Shown here piece after piece: positions 29,167-38,756 of a stretch of DNA of 64,000 nt (the stretch's first letter is position 1; every line of letters starts with the position of its first letter). The stretch is from assembly GCA_903945195.1 (NCBI GenBank), contig CAJAUT010000013.1, positions 11,473 to 75,472 on the forward strand, in the 5' to 3' direction. The notes beneath the pieces are model-generated. The model was not told the DNA's origin, searched no databases, and saw only the letters and a list, made by a program, of their open reading frames with translations. This DNA comes from an uncultured bacterium (GTDB taxonomy: Bacteria > Patescibacteriota > Microgenomatia > UBA1400 > UBA12108). The translations under genes and the position numbers were made by a program.

Positions 29167-30101
29167 GACATGTCTCCCCTGCTTTTAGTTTCTACTGTTG
29201 ATTTGGCGATTTTCATAAAGTAATCTTCGAGGTTTGGTTTGTCGATAGAGATCTCAGTGTAACCCACATTTTTCTTGGTAATTTCGTAAAGGAAAAGTGG
29301 CAAGAGAGTTTCTTTGATCGTAATGGTGTATTGTTTGTCCTCTTGGACTGACTCTAGTTTACGCAAAGAAATGAGCTTGTCTAACTCCGCCACATTTTTT
29401 GTGACCCTGAGACGTAGATGAGAATACTCGATTTTTTTGGCTAGGTTGGCTGGAGTATCATTTCCCACAATCATGCCATCTTTTAAGATCAAGACTCTAT
29501 CACAAAGACTTTCTACTTCGGACATATTGTGTGAGGTCAAGATAATGCTTTTGTTGTAGGTTTTGCGCTGGTTCGCAAAGAACTCACGGATGTAGGTAGC
29601 TACTTCTGGGTCTAGACTGGCAGTGGGCTCGTCGAGCAATAAAATACTAGGGAAATTGATCATAGAGCGAGCAAGATTTACTCTAGTTTTTTGACCAGCT
29701 GACAAAGCAGAGACTGGTTGGTTCCATTGTTTTTCTAATAGAAAAAGTTCCTTGATTTGGTTTAAACGTTTGCGACGATCTGGTATCTCGTAGAGCCATG
29801 ATGACCATTCCAAGTTTTCTTTGACAGTGAGCCTCCAAGGCATGTCGACGTAAGTAGAGGAAAAGTTCATCTTTTCTAAAATCTCTGACTTGTGAGTGGC
29901 CAAATCTTTGTCGAATACTTTGATTGTGCCACTTGTAGGTGTAAGGATACCAAGTAGCATTTGCAGAGTTGTGGTTTTACCTGCTCCATTTGGACCAAGG
30001 ATTCCTAGGATCTCCCCTTCTTGCATATCAAAAGTAAGACCCTTGATGATCTCTGATTTTTTGAAGGTTTTTTTAAGATTTTTTACCTCGAGTATAGTCA
30101 T
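29163..30101 (-). CDS. ABC transporter ATP-binding protein
   Basis: Walker A GPNGAGKTT, LSAGQ signature, LLLDEPT Walker B. Confidence 0.8.
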   Translation of the reverse strand: MTILEVKNLKKTFKKSEIIKGLTFDMQEGEILGILGPNGAGKTTTLQMLLGILTPTSGTIKVFDKDLATHKSEILEKMNFSSTYVDMPWRLTVKENLEWSSWLYEIPDRRKRLNQIKELFLLEKQWNQPVSALSAGQKTRVNLARSMINFPSILLLDEPTASLDPEVATYIREFFANQRKTYNKSIILTSHNMSEVESLCDRVLILKDGMIVGNDTPANLAKKIEYSHLRLRVTKNVAELDKLISLRKLESVQEDKQYTITIKETLLPLFLYEITKKNVGYTEISIDKPNLEDYFMKIAKSTVETKSRGDMS

Positions 30102-30123
30102 CCTACGATTGTATCACGTAAGA

Positions 30124-30960
30124 TCAGCTACTAGCTGAGCTGTAGAACATGAGGGCGCGGTGCCAAACATAGAGTGCAAGCTTGATTTGGATAACCGCAA
30201 GGATCGCAAACCCAAGTAGATAAAGTGGATTGTAAAGCCCAAAGACATATCTAGCGGGGATGGTGGCGATAAGTGCAAAAGGGAAAACATAGGTCATGAT
30301 CCCTGCCCCTACTTTGCCGTAAATCTCGATAGGCATAGCAGCCATTTTTTCCAGATCTCTATAAAGCATGATCGTATTGTCGACTTCTAAGTATTTGACT
30401 CCGATACTCAATATTAATATGTGCCATGACAAAACCATGACAAAGCCAATTATCATGATAAGTAGAAGAATGAAAGCTACTGGAATGGTAAGTGGGTAAC
30501 CCGCATTTGCTGCTGCCCATACCACGAGCCCCAAGTATGGGACTACTAGCAAAGTATCGATGGGATCAGTATAGGAAAACAAACTATAGAACAATTCAGA
30601 GAGTGGATTGAGTAGATAAAAATCAAAGGTTCCGTCAACTATTTTTTGTCTAAACATATAGATCCCGCGCATAAAAAGCTGCGAGATGGTAGAGACAAAG
30701 TTAAATAGTGCGAGAATGAGGATGGCCTGTGGCAAGGTATAGCCAACTATGAGTTTGGCTTTACCCATGATGACATAAAGCATGAGAAAAGCGGTTGCAA
30801 GTCTAAACAATTTGCCAAACATAAATAGTAAAGCAGCTCCGCGAGAGTTGGCTATTTGGGACTCAAATTGCTGGATAGTAAGCTTGAGCCAAACCCGCCC
30901 ATAACTTCGTAATAAGGCGGGCAGGCTCCTAAAATAGGCTTTTATATTTTGTATATTCAT
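30124..30960 (-). CDS. ABC-2 family permease (start at ATG 30960; the track extension overlaps the upstream permease)
   Basis: Polytopic; paired with ATPase 31781..32701. Confidence 0.5.
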   Translation of the reverse strand: MNIQNIKAYFRSLPALLRSYGRVWLKLTIQQFESQIANSRGAALLFMFGKLFRLATAFLMLYVIMGKAKLIVGYTLPQAILILALFNFVSTISQLFMRGIYMFRQKIVDGTFDFYLLNPLSELFYSLFSYTDPIDTLLVVPYLGLVVWAAANAGYPLTIPVAFILLLIMIIGFVMVLSWHILILSIGVKYLEVDNTIMLYRDLEKMAAMPIEIYGKVGAGIMTYVFPFALIATIPARYVFGLYNPLYLLGFAILAVIQIKLALYVWHRALMFYSSASS

Positions 30961-30992
30961 AATGTCATCTTTCCTTCGACTTCGCTCAGGAC

Positions 30993-31781
30993 CTAACGGC
31001 CCTCCGATTCGTAAGAAGAAATACCTCTTGCCCATACTTTTGTAGCGATAAACCAAAGGATGATAACCCATACTAACCCGATGAGTAAATGGTTTAACCA
31101 TAGTGGGTCGGTGCCTAGGTAGATTTTGAGTGGGACATAAAGTAGATACGGGAAAGGTAGAGCTAGCATAATTTTTTGCCATACCACCGGGAGCATATCA
31201 AGCGGGAACATAGCACCTGTGGCAAATTCCATGACTACCATAAGCATAAAACGAGGCGCCCAGATATCTCTCGTCCAAAAAGCAAATGAACCAAAAATAA
31301 TGTTGATGTAAAAATATATAAGAATAGCAAATAGCGTACTGCTTACGGCATACAGTAGAACAATGGGATTAGATTGGATGAAGACCGGGGGATGAAAAAT
31401 AAAGTAAATGAGTGGGAGCTCTAGAAACATAAAGCCCAAGTTGAAAAGTTTGTCCGCTAGATCGCGGATGAAGAAAAAACTAAAGATATTGATCGGACGC
31501 ATGAGTGGGACAGTAAGTGCACCGGTATTGATCATCCACCCCAAGTCTATCGTACGCGAACCCATGACAAGAGAGCGCAGGACAGTCGTACCAAAGAGAT
31601 AGGTCATGATGGCTGCAAAAGAGTAGCCATAGATATCTCCTCCACCACCCAACACGGATTTCCAGATGAAAAATGGAATCAGGAAGACAAAAACTTGGCG
31701 GACTCGCCACATTAGCATGTTGAGACGATAGGTGAAGATTTCTTGTAGAGTGATGGAGAAAAGTGAGAGATATTTTTGCAT
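30993..31781 (-). CDS. ABC-2 family permease
   Basis: Polytopic; start overlaps ATPase stop. Confidence 0.5.
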   Translation of the reverse strand: MQKYLSLFSITLQEIFTYRLNMLMWRVRQVFVFLIPFFIWKSVLGGGGDIYGYSFAAIMTYLFGTTVLRSLVMGSRTIDLGWMINTGALTVPLMRPINIFSFFFIRDLADKLFNLGFMFLELPLIYFIFHPPVFIQSNPIVLLYAVSSTLFAILIYFYINIIFGSFAFWTRDIWAPRFMLMVVMEFATGAMFPLDMLPVVWQKIMLALPFPYLLYVPLKIYLGTDPLWLNHLLIGLVWVIILWFIATKVWARGISSYESEGR

Positions 31782-32701
31782 TATTTGCCTGCAAACACCT
31801 GGCGGATAACGTCTTCGATTTCGACTTCTTTGATATTGATATCTACGACACCCGGGTCTTTGAGGAGCTCGGCCGCTTTTTCTGCAACCTGTTTGCGCAA
31901 GACCTTGTGAGTTTTGGTGCCAGCGGGGGTGATCACTTCGATGATTTTGTGCTTACTAAATTTGGCTATTACTTCGGACAAGAGACCATCGTACAAGATA
32001 CTGCCTTGGTCGATGATGATGACTCTTTTACATAATTCTTTGACGTCATCCATGTAGTGACTGGTGAGGATGATGGAGCCATCTCCCCCTTGGTTGTACT
32101 GCTTTAGGAAGCTCCTCATAGACTGCTGCATAACTACATCTAGTCCAATCGTGGGCTCATCGAGAAATAAGATTTTGGGAGAGTGGATAAGAGCTGCTAC
32201 CAGCTCGGCTTTCATGCGCTGACCTAGAGAGAGTTTGCGCACCTGGACGTTTAAGACATCTCCAATTTCTAGCATCTCTACTAGATTATTTAGAGTTTTT
32301 TTGTAACTAGAGTCTGAGATACCATAAATATCTTTGGCTAAATTAAATGATTCTATAGCTGGCAAATCCCACCATAATTGATTTTTTTGGCCCATGACAA
32401 GAGAGATATTTTTGAGGAAATCGTACTGCCGCTTCCAGGGATCATGACCTATCACAGAGACACTACCACCACTAGGATAAAGCAGTCCAGAAAGCATCTT
32501 GAGGGTCGTAGTCTTGCCGGCTCCGTTTGGTCCGATAAAGCCGACTAGCTCACCTTCGTCGATCACGAAAGAGACATCTTTGACGGCTACCTTTTTCTCG
32601 TAAACTGGAGAGTAGAGATCGCGGAGTGAGCCAGAAAGCCCTGGCCTTTTCTTTTGGACATCGTAAACTTTAGACAAACCATCCGCTATGATTGTGTGCA
32701 T
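31781..32701 (-). CDS. ABC transporter ATP-binding protein
   Basis: GPNGAGKTT, LSLGQ, LFLDEPT motifs. Confidence 0.8.
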   Translation of the reverse strand: MHTIIADGLSKVYDVQKKRPGLSGSLRDLYSPVYEKKVAVKDVSFVIDEGELVGFIGPNGAGKTTTLKMLSGLLYPSGGSVSVIGHDPWKRQYDFLKNISLVMGQKNQLWWDLPAIESFNLAKDIYGISDSSYKKTLNNLVEMLEIGDVLNVQVRKLSLGQRMKAELVAALIHSPKILFLDEPTIGLDVVMQQSMRSFLKQYNQGGDGSIILTSHYMDDVKELCKRVIIIDQGSILYDGLLSEVIAKFSKHKIIEVITPAGTKTHKVLRKQVAEKAAELLKDPGVVDINIKEVEIEDVIRQVFAGK

Positions 32702-32728
32702 AGGATTATGTTAACACAGGTACCCATA

Positions 32729-32813
32729 AGGTCTGACCTGGTCTCCACATTGTATATTGAACTCGACTAAACATGCTTCGGCAAGCTCAGCATTTCCTTA
32801 GCAGGTCAGACCT
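32729..32813. repeat. about 85-nt long-hairpin element, copy 1 (homologous to 37274..37355); candidate terminator or structured RNA
   Basis: Outer stem aaggtctgacctg/caggtcagacctt; conserved core gtctcca..ttgtat.ttgaa.tcgactaaaca and ttccttag; apical hairpin differs with compensatory pairing. Confidence 0.55.
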
Positions 32814-32834
32814 TGTGGGCTACCATTGGGAGTG

Positions 32835-33110
32835 TCACCAGATTATTTTGCGGAGAGGTTTGGCGGCTTTGAAGTTGACGACGTGATGTGACTTTACAGT
32901 CACACGTTTGTCGCTTTTGCCAAAGGGAACTACATCTTTTGGCCCGACTTTACCGATAGAAAGTGTGCCTACTCCTGATAAAACAACTTTGTCACCTTTT
33001 TTGAGAGTCTTTACGACTTCATCCAAAAAAGTATCAATCGCGTCTTTGGCCGTTTTTTTGGTCATGTGAGCAGACTTGGCAATAATTTCGTAGTAATCGG
33101 ACTTTTTCAT
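32835..33110 (-). CDS. hup: DNA-binding protein HU
   Basis: HU/IHF family pattern including GVGTLSIG arm region. Confidence 0.8.
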   Translation of the reverse strand: MKKSDYYEIIAKSAHMTKKTAKDAIDTFLDEVVKTLKKGDKVVLSGVGTLSIGKVGPKDVVPFGKSDKRVTVKSHHVVNFKAAKPLRKIIW

Positions 33111-33135
33111 GGTTCTCTCCCCTATTTATAAATAA

Positions 33136-34662
33136 TTATTTTGCGACTTGTTGTGCGCGTGTTTCGCGAATGACAGTAACAGTAACTGTACCTGGATAGG
33201 TCAGCTTGGCTTTGATTTCATCTCTGATATCTGAGGCCATACGCACTGCTTCGTCGTCTGTGGCTTTACCTGGGTCTACCATGACGCGTACTTCTCGGCC
33301 GGCAGAGATAGCAAATGCTTCTAATGCGCCTGGCTTGGACATAGCGATTTCTTCGATAGCCTTCAAGCGCTTCACATATTCTGCCACATTTTCGTAACGT
33401 GCACCAGGACGTGAACCTGAGATTGCATCTGAAATGTAGACTAGGATAGATTCTTTACTTGTAAACTCAGTATCTTCGTGATGTTGAGCTACGCAGTCTA
33501 TCACTGCTTTTGGCATGTTGTTTTTTTCTAACAATTTGACGCCTAACTCTACGTGACTACCCTCTTCATCCGTGATGATTTTGCCGATATCGTGGAAGAG
33601 ACAACCCAAGCGGACGATGTCTACGTTGGCGTGAGTCTCTGCGGCTAGGTTCATACCGATTCTGGTTTCTTCTAGAGTATGAGCCAACATATTTTGGCCA
33701 TAACTAGAGCGGAACTTGAATCTACCAAGCATAGCAATGAGCTCTTGTGGGAGATTGTATGCACCTACCATGTGGCAAAGTTTCTTACCTTCTTCGTACA
33801 TGATTTTTTCGATATCATGGCGAGCTTTGGCGACATATTCTTCGATACGAGTTGGCTGGATACGACCATCTTTGATGAGACGTTCTAGGGCGACACGAGC
33901 TACCTCCCGGCGGACACCATCGTAACAAGAGAGTCTAACTTCACCTGGTGTTTCGTCCATGTCGATATCTACGCCAGTCACTTTTTCGAAGGTGCGGATA
34001 TTGCGACCCTCTTTACCGATGATGCGGCCTTTGACGTCGTCGTCGGCAATCTTGACTGTAGAGATAGTAAACTCGGCGACGTACTCTGTAGAGCCATGGT
34101 ACATGGCATCAATCAAGAGGTCGCGAGACTTTTCTTCGACTGTTTCTTTGATTTCATCTTCGGCGACACGGATACGCTCAGCTACATCGCGAGCGAGTTT
34201 TTTATCTACGGCTTCAAGGAGAATATCTTTGGCTTTTTCTTTGGTTAAGCCGCCGATTTTTTCTAGTTTTTCTACTTGTTTGAGTCTTAGTTCGGCCATC
34301 TCAGCTTTGGTCTTTTCGATATCTGCAAGGCGAGCATCGATTTGCTTATCTTTGGTGACTAGATTGTTTTCTTTAGTCTGAAGTGACTCTTCGTATTTAC
34401 GGAGCTTATCTTCTTGAGCGCGAAGCGTATTTTGGAGCTCACGCATCTCAGTTTTAGCTGTTTCGCGGATTTTTTCAGCTTCTTCTCTGGCAAAAGTGAG
34501 CACTTCTTTGGCGGTACTTTCGGCTTGTTTTAAAATCTCAGGATTTTCTAATACAACCTTGTCTTTTTTTACCTCGACTGGCTTAGCTACTTTTAATGTA
34601 GCTGATTTGACTACCTTTGATTTGTTGAAGGTAGCGAGTAATGATTTTAGTAATGATGACAT
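33136..34662 (-). CDS. rny: ribonuclease Y (ATG 34662 preferred over TTG 34695)
   Basis: Coiled-coil, KH domain (IIGKEGRNIR), HD domain (HTLE...LFHDIGK). Confidence 0.8.
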   Translation of the reverse strand: MSSLLKSLLATFNKSKVVKSATLKVAKPVEVKKDKVVLENPEILKQAESTAKEVLTFAREEAEKIRETAKTEMRELQNTLRAQEDKLRKYEESLQTKENNLVTKDKQIDARLADIEKTKAEMAELRLKQVEKLEKIGGLTKEKAKDILLEAVDKKLARDVAERIRVAEDEIKETVEEKSRDLLIDAMYHGSTEYVAEFTISTVKIADDDVKGRIIGKEGRNIRTFEKVTGVDIDMDETPGEVRLSCYDGVRREVARVALERLIKDGRIQPTRIEEYVAKARHDIEKIMYEEGKKLCHMVGAYNLPQELIAMLGRFKFRSSYGQNMLAHTLEETRIGMNLAAETHANVDIVRLGCLFHDIGKIITDEEGSHVELGVKLLEKNNMPKAVIDCVAQHHEDTEFTSKESILVYISDAISGSRPGARYENVAEYVKRLKAIEEIAMSKPGALEAFAISAGREVRVMVDPGKATDDEAVRMASDIRDEIKAKLTYPGTVTVTVIRETRAQQVAK

Positions 34663-34813
34663 ATGTCTCCTAAAAAAACTGTTAAAACCAATCAAGAAAT
34701 AACTACCAAAAAACAGAATCCGCTACTTAAACTAATTTTGCTTGGAACATTGAATATAGTTTGGTCATGTTTTTGTTTTTTTTGTAATATCTTTCTTAAA
34801 AGGTACTCTCATT

Positions 34814-35434
34814 CTACTCTGACTGCCAGCTTTTTACAACCTCAGACACCTTGTCCCAGGCGAAGCCCTGTCTAACCAGATAGCCCTGGATTTTGACCTG
34901 CTCTAGCTTGTCTAAAGTCCTATGACTCCCTAGTTTTTTGTCTAGTAAATGCATAATTGTGGCTTTTTCGTCACCCATAGTTGAGACCAAATCAGAGACT
35001 ATATCCTTGGGTACCCCTTTTTGCGAAAGTTCCATTTTGAGCATACTCACAGACCTGGGACGGTGGGTATTTCTGGACTGTATGAACCACTTGGCGAAAC
35101 TGACATCGTCCAGATACCCTTTGGACTTTAATTTGTCGATAACAAGGTTTTGAGAGTCCTCGTCTTTTACCTCGTATTTCCATAGACGATCGCGCACTTC
35201 TTTGACAGTACGGGGACGAAATGAAAGGAAGTTTAGGATCTTACCGTAGATATACTCGTCCGAGTCGGCTTTTTTTAGATCCTCGATTTCAGCTGGAGAA
35301 AGTTCCAACCCTTTTTTTAGGGATTTCTTGCCCACTTCATCTATAGAAAGTGCAAAGACAAAGACATCATCCAAGTAAAGATTGACCCTATTTGGGTTTT
35401 TCTTGCCCTGGACTAAGCGTGTAATGACTGGCAT
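34814..35434 (-). CDS. recX: RecX-like regulatory protein
   Basis: Immediately downstream of recA; RecX-like helical repeats. Confidence 0.6.
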   Translation of the reverse strand: MPVITRLVQGKKNPNRVNLYLDDVFVFALSIDEVGKKSLKKGLELSPAEIEDLKKADSDEYIYGKILNFLSFRPRTVKEVRDRLWKYEVKDEDSQNLVIDKLKSKGYLDDVSFAKWFIQSRNTHRPRSVSMLKMELSQKGVPKDIVSDLVSTMGDEKATIMHLLDKKLGSHRTLDKLEQVKIQGYLVRQGFAWDKVSEVVKSWQSE

Positions 35435-36498
35435 TAGACTGCTGCTTTTTCCTCTTCTTTTTCGACGGCTTTGATTTGATCCCAGATTTCTTTTTCGATT
35501 TTTTTCATGAGATCTGGTTTCTCTTCAAGGAGAGCTTTGGTAGCTTCGCGACCTTGGGCTAGCATCTCACCATTGTATTTAAAGAAGGAGCCTGATTTTT
35601 CGATGATACCTTTGTCTACGGCTACATCTAGGACTCCGCCAGAGCGTGAAATACCATTTGCGGTCATGTCGAACTCGGCCACTTTAAAGGGAGGCGAGAC
35701 TTTGTTTTTGACTATCTTGGCTCTGTGATGAGAGCCTACGATAGTATCGCCTTCTGTGATATTGCCTACTTTGCGCATATCGATACGGACAGAAGAGTAG
35801 AACTTGAGGGCTTGACCGCCGGCTGTGGTCTCTGGATTACCAAACATCACACCGATCTTCATGCGGAGCTGATTGGTGAAGATCATGACAGTGTTGCTCT
35901 TGCTGATGGCACCTGTGAGTTTGCGAAGTGCTTGGGACATGAGGCGTGCTTGCATACCCATGACGGCATCGCCCATCTCCCCTTCGATCTCGGCCTTGGG
36001 GACGAGAGCGGCGACTGAGTCTACGACGATCACGTCTACGGCCCCTGAACGGATCAAGGTCTCGGCAATCTCTAGGGCTTGCTCACCGGTGTCTGGCTGA
36101 GAGATGAGGAGCTCGTCTAGATTGACTCCGACCGCCTTGGCGCGGGCTGGGTCTAGGGCATGCTCTGCGTCAATGAAAGCGGCGGTACCACCTTGTTTTT
36201 GAGCTTGCGCGATGACGTGTAAACAGACAGTGGTTTTGCCGGAAGCCTCAGGTCCGTAGATCTCTGTGATGCGGCCACAAGGGAAGCCACCGATACCTAG
36301 AGCCAGGTCGAGTGCTATGGCGGAGGTAGGGATACTTTTGATGTCCATGTGATGGGAGGCGCCGAGCTTCATGATGGAGCCAGTACCAAATTGTTTGTCG
36401 ATCTGCTCCATGGCCACTTTAATGGCCTGAAGTTTCTCAGATTTTAAATCTGGTTTTGAGTTTACTGTTTTTTCTGCTTTGTCGTTTGCTTTGGCCAT
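35434..36498 (-). CDS. recA: recombinase RecA
   Basis: Walker [20 protein letters not shown]1/L2 loops. Confidence 0.9.
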   Translation of the reverse strand: MAKANDKAEKTVNSKPDLKSEKLQAIKVAMEQIDKQFGTGSIMKLGASHHMDIKSIPTSAIALDLALGIGGFPCGRITEIYGPEASGKTTVCLHVIAQAQKQGGTAAFIDAEHALDPARAKAVGVNLDELLISQPDTGEQALEIAETLIRSGAVDVIVVDSVAALVPKAEIEGEMGDAVMGMQARLMSQALRKLTGAISKSNTVMIFTNQLRMKIGVMFGNPETTAGGQALKFYSSVRIDMRKVGNITEGDTIVGSHHRAKIVKNKVSPPFKVAEFDMTANGISRSGGVLDVAVDKGIIEKSGSFFKYNGEMLAQGREATKALLEEKPDLMKKIEKEIWDQIKAVEKEEEKAAV

Positions 36499-36527
36499 AT
36501 ACCCTCCTATAAATATTTCTTATATCT

Positions 36528-36557
36528 AATATGACCAAAAACTACCCGAATGTCAAC
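36528..36557 (-). promoter_or_regulatory. recA promoter: perfect -35 TTGACA inside conserved module GTTGACATTCGGGTAGT, 17-nt spacer, -10 CATATT; AGGAGG Shine-Dalgarno follows
   Basis: Read on minus strand; same 17-nt module at 37194..37210. Confidence 0.5.
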
Positions 36558-36642
36558 AGATCAAAATGTGACTTTTATGGTCCCACCTTTGTTTTTTGAG
36601 CATATTTTGATATACTACATGTATCATCATGACTGGACTAGC

Positions 36643-37173
36643 CTAAGGTTTCGACCGACCGCGAATGCCAGTCTTTTTATATTCAAGCGACTTTTTCAAT
36701 AAATCTATTCTCACTATAAAGTTGTTGTATTTTCGCAGCAAACTAGAGTAGTGCATAGTAGGTGCAAGTATTTTTAACAACTTACCTTGTTTTTCTAGAT
36801 ACTCTATCAAACAGAAAAAATCTCCATCCCCAGAAACTATGATAGCTTTAGAATAGTGATCATATTCCACCATCGAATGTAATACCAATTCGGCATCCAC
36901 ATTTCCTTTGATGACTGTGGCCTTCCCTTCCTTTCTTTCCAAAGTTGGCTTAAAGATACAAGTATAGCCAGCTAAATTGAGTGACTTGTAGAGACTTTCA
37001 TTGCCTGGAACCATACCAATAAATAGGAAGGCTTTCGAAACACTATATTTATCTGTGAGATATCTTCTGAATTTTGCAAAATCTAAGTGCCAACCTTGTG
37101 ACTTTACTCCAAGGTTTAAGTTTTGACTATCGATAAACGCATATACTATTTTTTCTTTTACTTTAATTCCCAT
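36643..37173 (-). CDS. NYN/LabA-like domain protein
   Basis: YAFIDSQN ... IVSGDGDF pattern of NYN (DUF88) nucleases. Confidence 0.65.
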   Translation of the reverse strand: MGIKVKEKIVYAFIDSQNLNLGVKSQGWHLDFAKFRRYLTDKYSVSKAFLFIGMVPGNESLYKSLNLAGYTCIFKPTLERKEGKATVIKGNVDAELVLHSMVEYDHYSKAIIVSGDGDFFCLIEYLEKQGKLLKILAPTMHYSSLLRKYNNFIVRIDLLKKSLEYKKTGIRGRSKP

Positions 37174-37180
37174 ACTATTA

Positions 37181-37210
37181 ATTTATTCCAAATACTACCC
37201 GAATGTCAAC
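37181..37210 (-). promoter_or_regulatory. promoter for the NYN gene (GTTGACATTCGGGTAGT module, 17-nt spacer, -10 ATAAAT); geometry predicts a leaderless mRNA starting at the ATG
   Basis: -10 ends 7 nt before the A of ATG 37173; no Shine-Dalgarno present. Confidence 0.45.
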
Positions 37211-37273
37211 CCCTCCTTCGCTCTGCAAGCTACGGGAGGGCACGGTGGAACAATTTAGAACAAAATTCCAATA

Positions 37274-37355
37274 AGGTCTGACCTGGTCTCCAGTTTGTAT
37301 TTTGAAGTCGACTAAACAATCCGCCATGGCGGATATTCCTTAGCAGGTCAGACCT
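37274..37355. repeat. about 85-nt long-hairpin element, copy 2, immediately downstream of rpsI
   Basis: See 32729..32813; apical stem here is the perfect palindrome atccgccatggcggat. Confidence 0.55.
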
Positions 37356-37371
37356 TTGGGAACTGAAAATT

Positions 37372-37821
37372 TTAGCGTTTTGGTGATTGCTTGGTGCGGC
37401 GAGACTTACCACCAGTACCGATCATGCGGCGCTGTTTGGCACGAGCATCGCGGGTAAGTAGGCCGGCGGTCTTTAGAGTAGCTCTGTAGGCATCGCGGTC
37501 AAGTAAAGCTAAAGCGCGAGCTATACCGTGGATGGTAGCATCGAGCTGGCCTTTTTTGCCTGAGCCTAAAACTACGACTGAAGCTGACATTTTGGTTAGA
37601 GTTTCGGTAAGAATAAAAGGCTTTCTGTAAGCAGCTTTGGATGTTTCACCTGGGAAATAGACATCGGCTGGCTTGCCATTGACTGTAAGCTGGATGCCAT
37701 CAAAACCTGGGACACTAGCTGATTTATAGATACGGACGCGAGCATTGGCGGTCTTTCTGCGACCTACTGCGTAGGTATAGTTTGCTTTTGTAGTGGTTTT
37801 TTTGACGATAGCTTTAGCCAT
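37372..37821 (-). CDS. rpsI: 30S ribosomal protein S9
   Basis: uS9 C-terminal basic tail ...RRTKQSPKR. Confidence 0.9.
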   Translation of the reverse strand: MAKAIVKKTTTKANYTYAVGRRKTANARVRIYKSASVPGFDGIQLTVNGKPADVYFPGETSKAAYRKPFILTETLTKMSASVVVLGSGKKGQLDATIHGIARALALLDRDAYRATLKTAGLLTRDARAKQRRMIGTGGKSRRTKQSPKR

Positions 37822-37824
37822 AAT

Positions 37825-38253
37825 TTAATCCTTTTTTTCAAAATTGGCAGAATGTGGGTGAACATCTGATTTATAAACTTTTAGACGTGACATGCGAGGA
37901 TCTTGGAGTTTGTTTTTGGCAAGCATGCCGCGAACTGCATGCTCGATAACTTTACGTGGATCTCTATCCATTAGACGACCTGCTGATTCTTGGCGGAAAC
38001 CACCTGGATGACCAGAGTGTCTAGAATATTGTTTGTCCATGAGCTTGTTGCCTGTGAGTTTGATATCTTTAGCATTGATCACTACTACGAAGTCGCCCAT
38101 ATCCATGTGGGGAGTATAGTCGACCTTGCCCTTGGCAGACAAAAGTCCGGCAATTTTGGTAGAGAGACGTCCAAGTGTTTGTCCCTGACAATCCAAGAGG
38201 TGCCAAGTCCTTTTGATGTCGGCTGTTTTAACCATTGATGTTGCTTTTTTCAT
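37825..38253 (-). CDS. rplM: 50S ribosomal protein L13
   Basis: uL13 N-terminal pattern (RTWHLLD..GQTLGRL). Confidence 0.9.
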   Translation of the reverse strand: MKKATSMVKTADIKRTWHLLDCQGQTLGRLSTKIAGLLSAKGKVDYTPHMDMGDFVVVINAKDIKLTGNKLMDKQYSRHSGHPGGFRQESAGRLMDRDPRKVIEHAVRGMLAKNKLQDPRMSRLKVYKSDVHPHSANFEKKD

Positions 38254-38750
38254 TTGTCACCTCTTTTGCCTGTACGCTTGACTAATTTGGGAGCGGCTTT
38301 GGTAGCTTTGACGATTTCTGGTGTCACTGCCTTGACTACTGATTTTTTCTTTTCAACAGTGACTTCTTCTTTGACTTTGACGGGCGCAACTTCTGATTTT
38401 TTAGTGAGAGAAAGTCTAACTAGTGGAGCATTGTCGCCGCGACGATTGCCGATTAAAGTAAGTTTGGTGTAGCCACCTCGTACTTCTTTATACAATGGTG
38501 CGATTTTGGTAAATAGCTTTTTGACTAGGTCACCTTCCTGAATATATGCTTGGACCATGCGGCGATTTTGAATAGAATCGATTTTGGCACGAGTGATCAG
38601 TTTTTCAAAGATTGGAGTCACTGCTTTGGCTTTAATTTTGGTCGTTACAATTGCCTCATGTTGAATGAGAGCATAAACCAAGTTTTTCATGAGCGCCAAA
38701 CGGGCTTCTGAATCGCGATTTAATTTGTAACCACTGATGTGCTTTTTCAT
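38250..38750 (-). CDS. rplQ: 50S ribosomal protein L17
   Basis: bL17 core with Lys/Val-rich C-terminal extension. Confidence 0.85.
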   Translation of the reverse strand: MKKHISGYKLNRDSEARLALMKNLVYALIQHEAIVTTKIKAKAVTPIFEKLITRAKIDSIQNRRMVQAYIQEGDLVKKLFTKIAPLYKEVRGGYTKLTLIGNRRGDNAPLVRLSLTKKSEVAPVKVKEEVTVEKKKSVVKAVTPEIVKATKAAPKLVKRTGKRGDK

Positions 38751-38756
38751 ATAATT

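Noticed and set aside
32729-32813. Hairpin elements as SRP (4.5S) RNA
   Set aside because: They are long imperfect hairpins of the right size. However, the apical loop is variable between copies rather than a conserved GNRA tetraloop flanked by the AGCAG/GUCAGG loops, and there are two copies.
34663-34695. TTG-initiated 5' extensions of rny (also of the TrpR-like gene at 12946..12957 and the DinD-like gene at 57442..57459)
   Set aside because: The downstream ATG starts give sensible N-termini, and the extensions would run into promoter elements.
37230-37412. 60-aa ORF overlapping the rpsI 3' end and the hairpin element
   Set aside because: It overlaps rpsI out of frame and spans the structured element, so it was treated as spurious.
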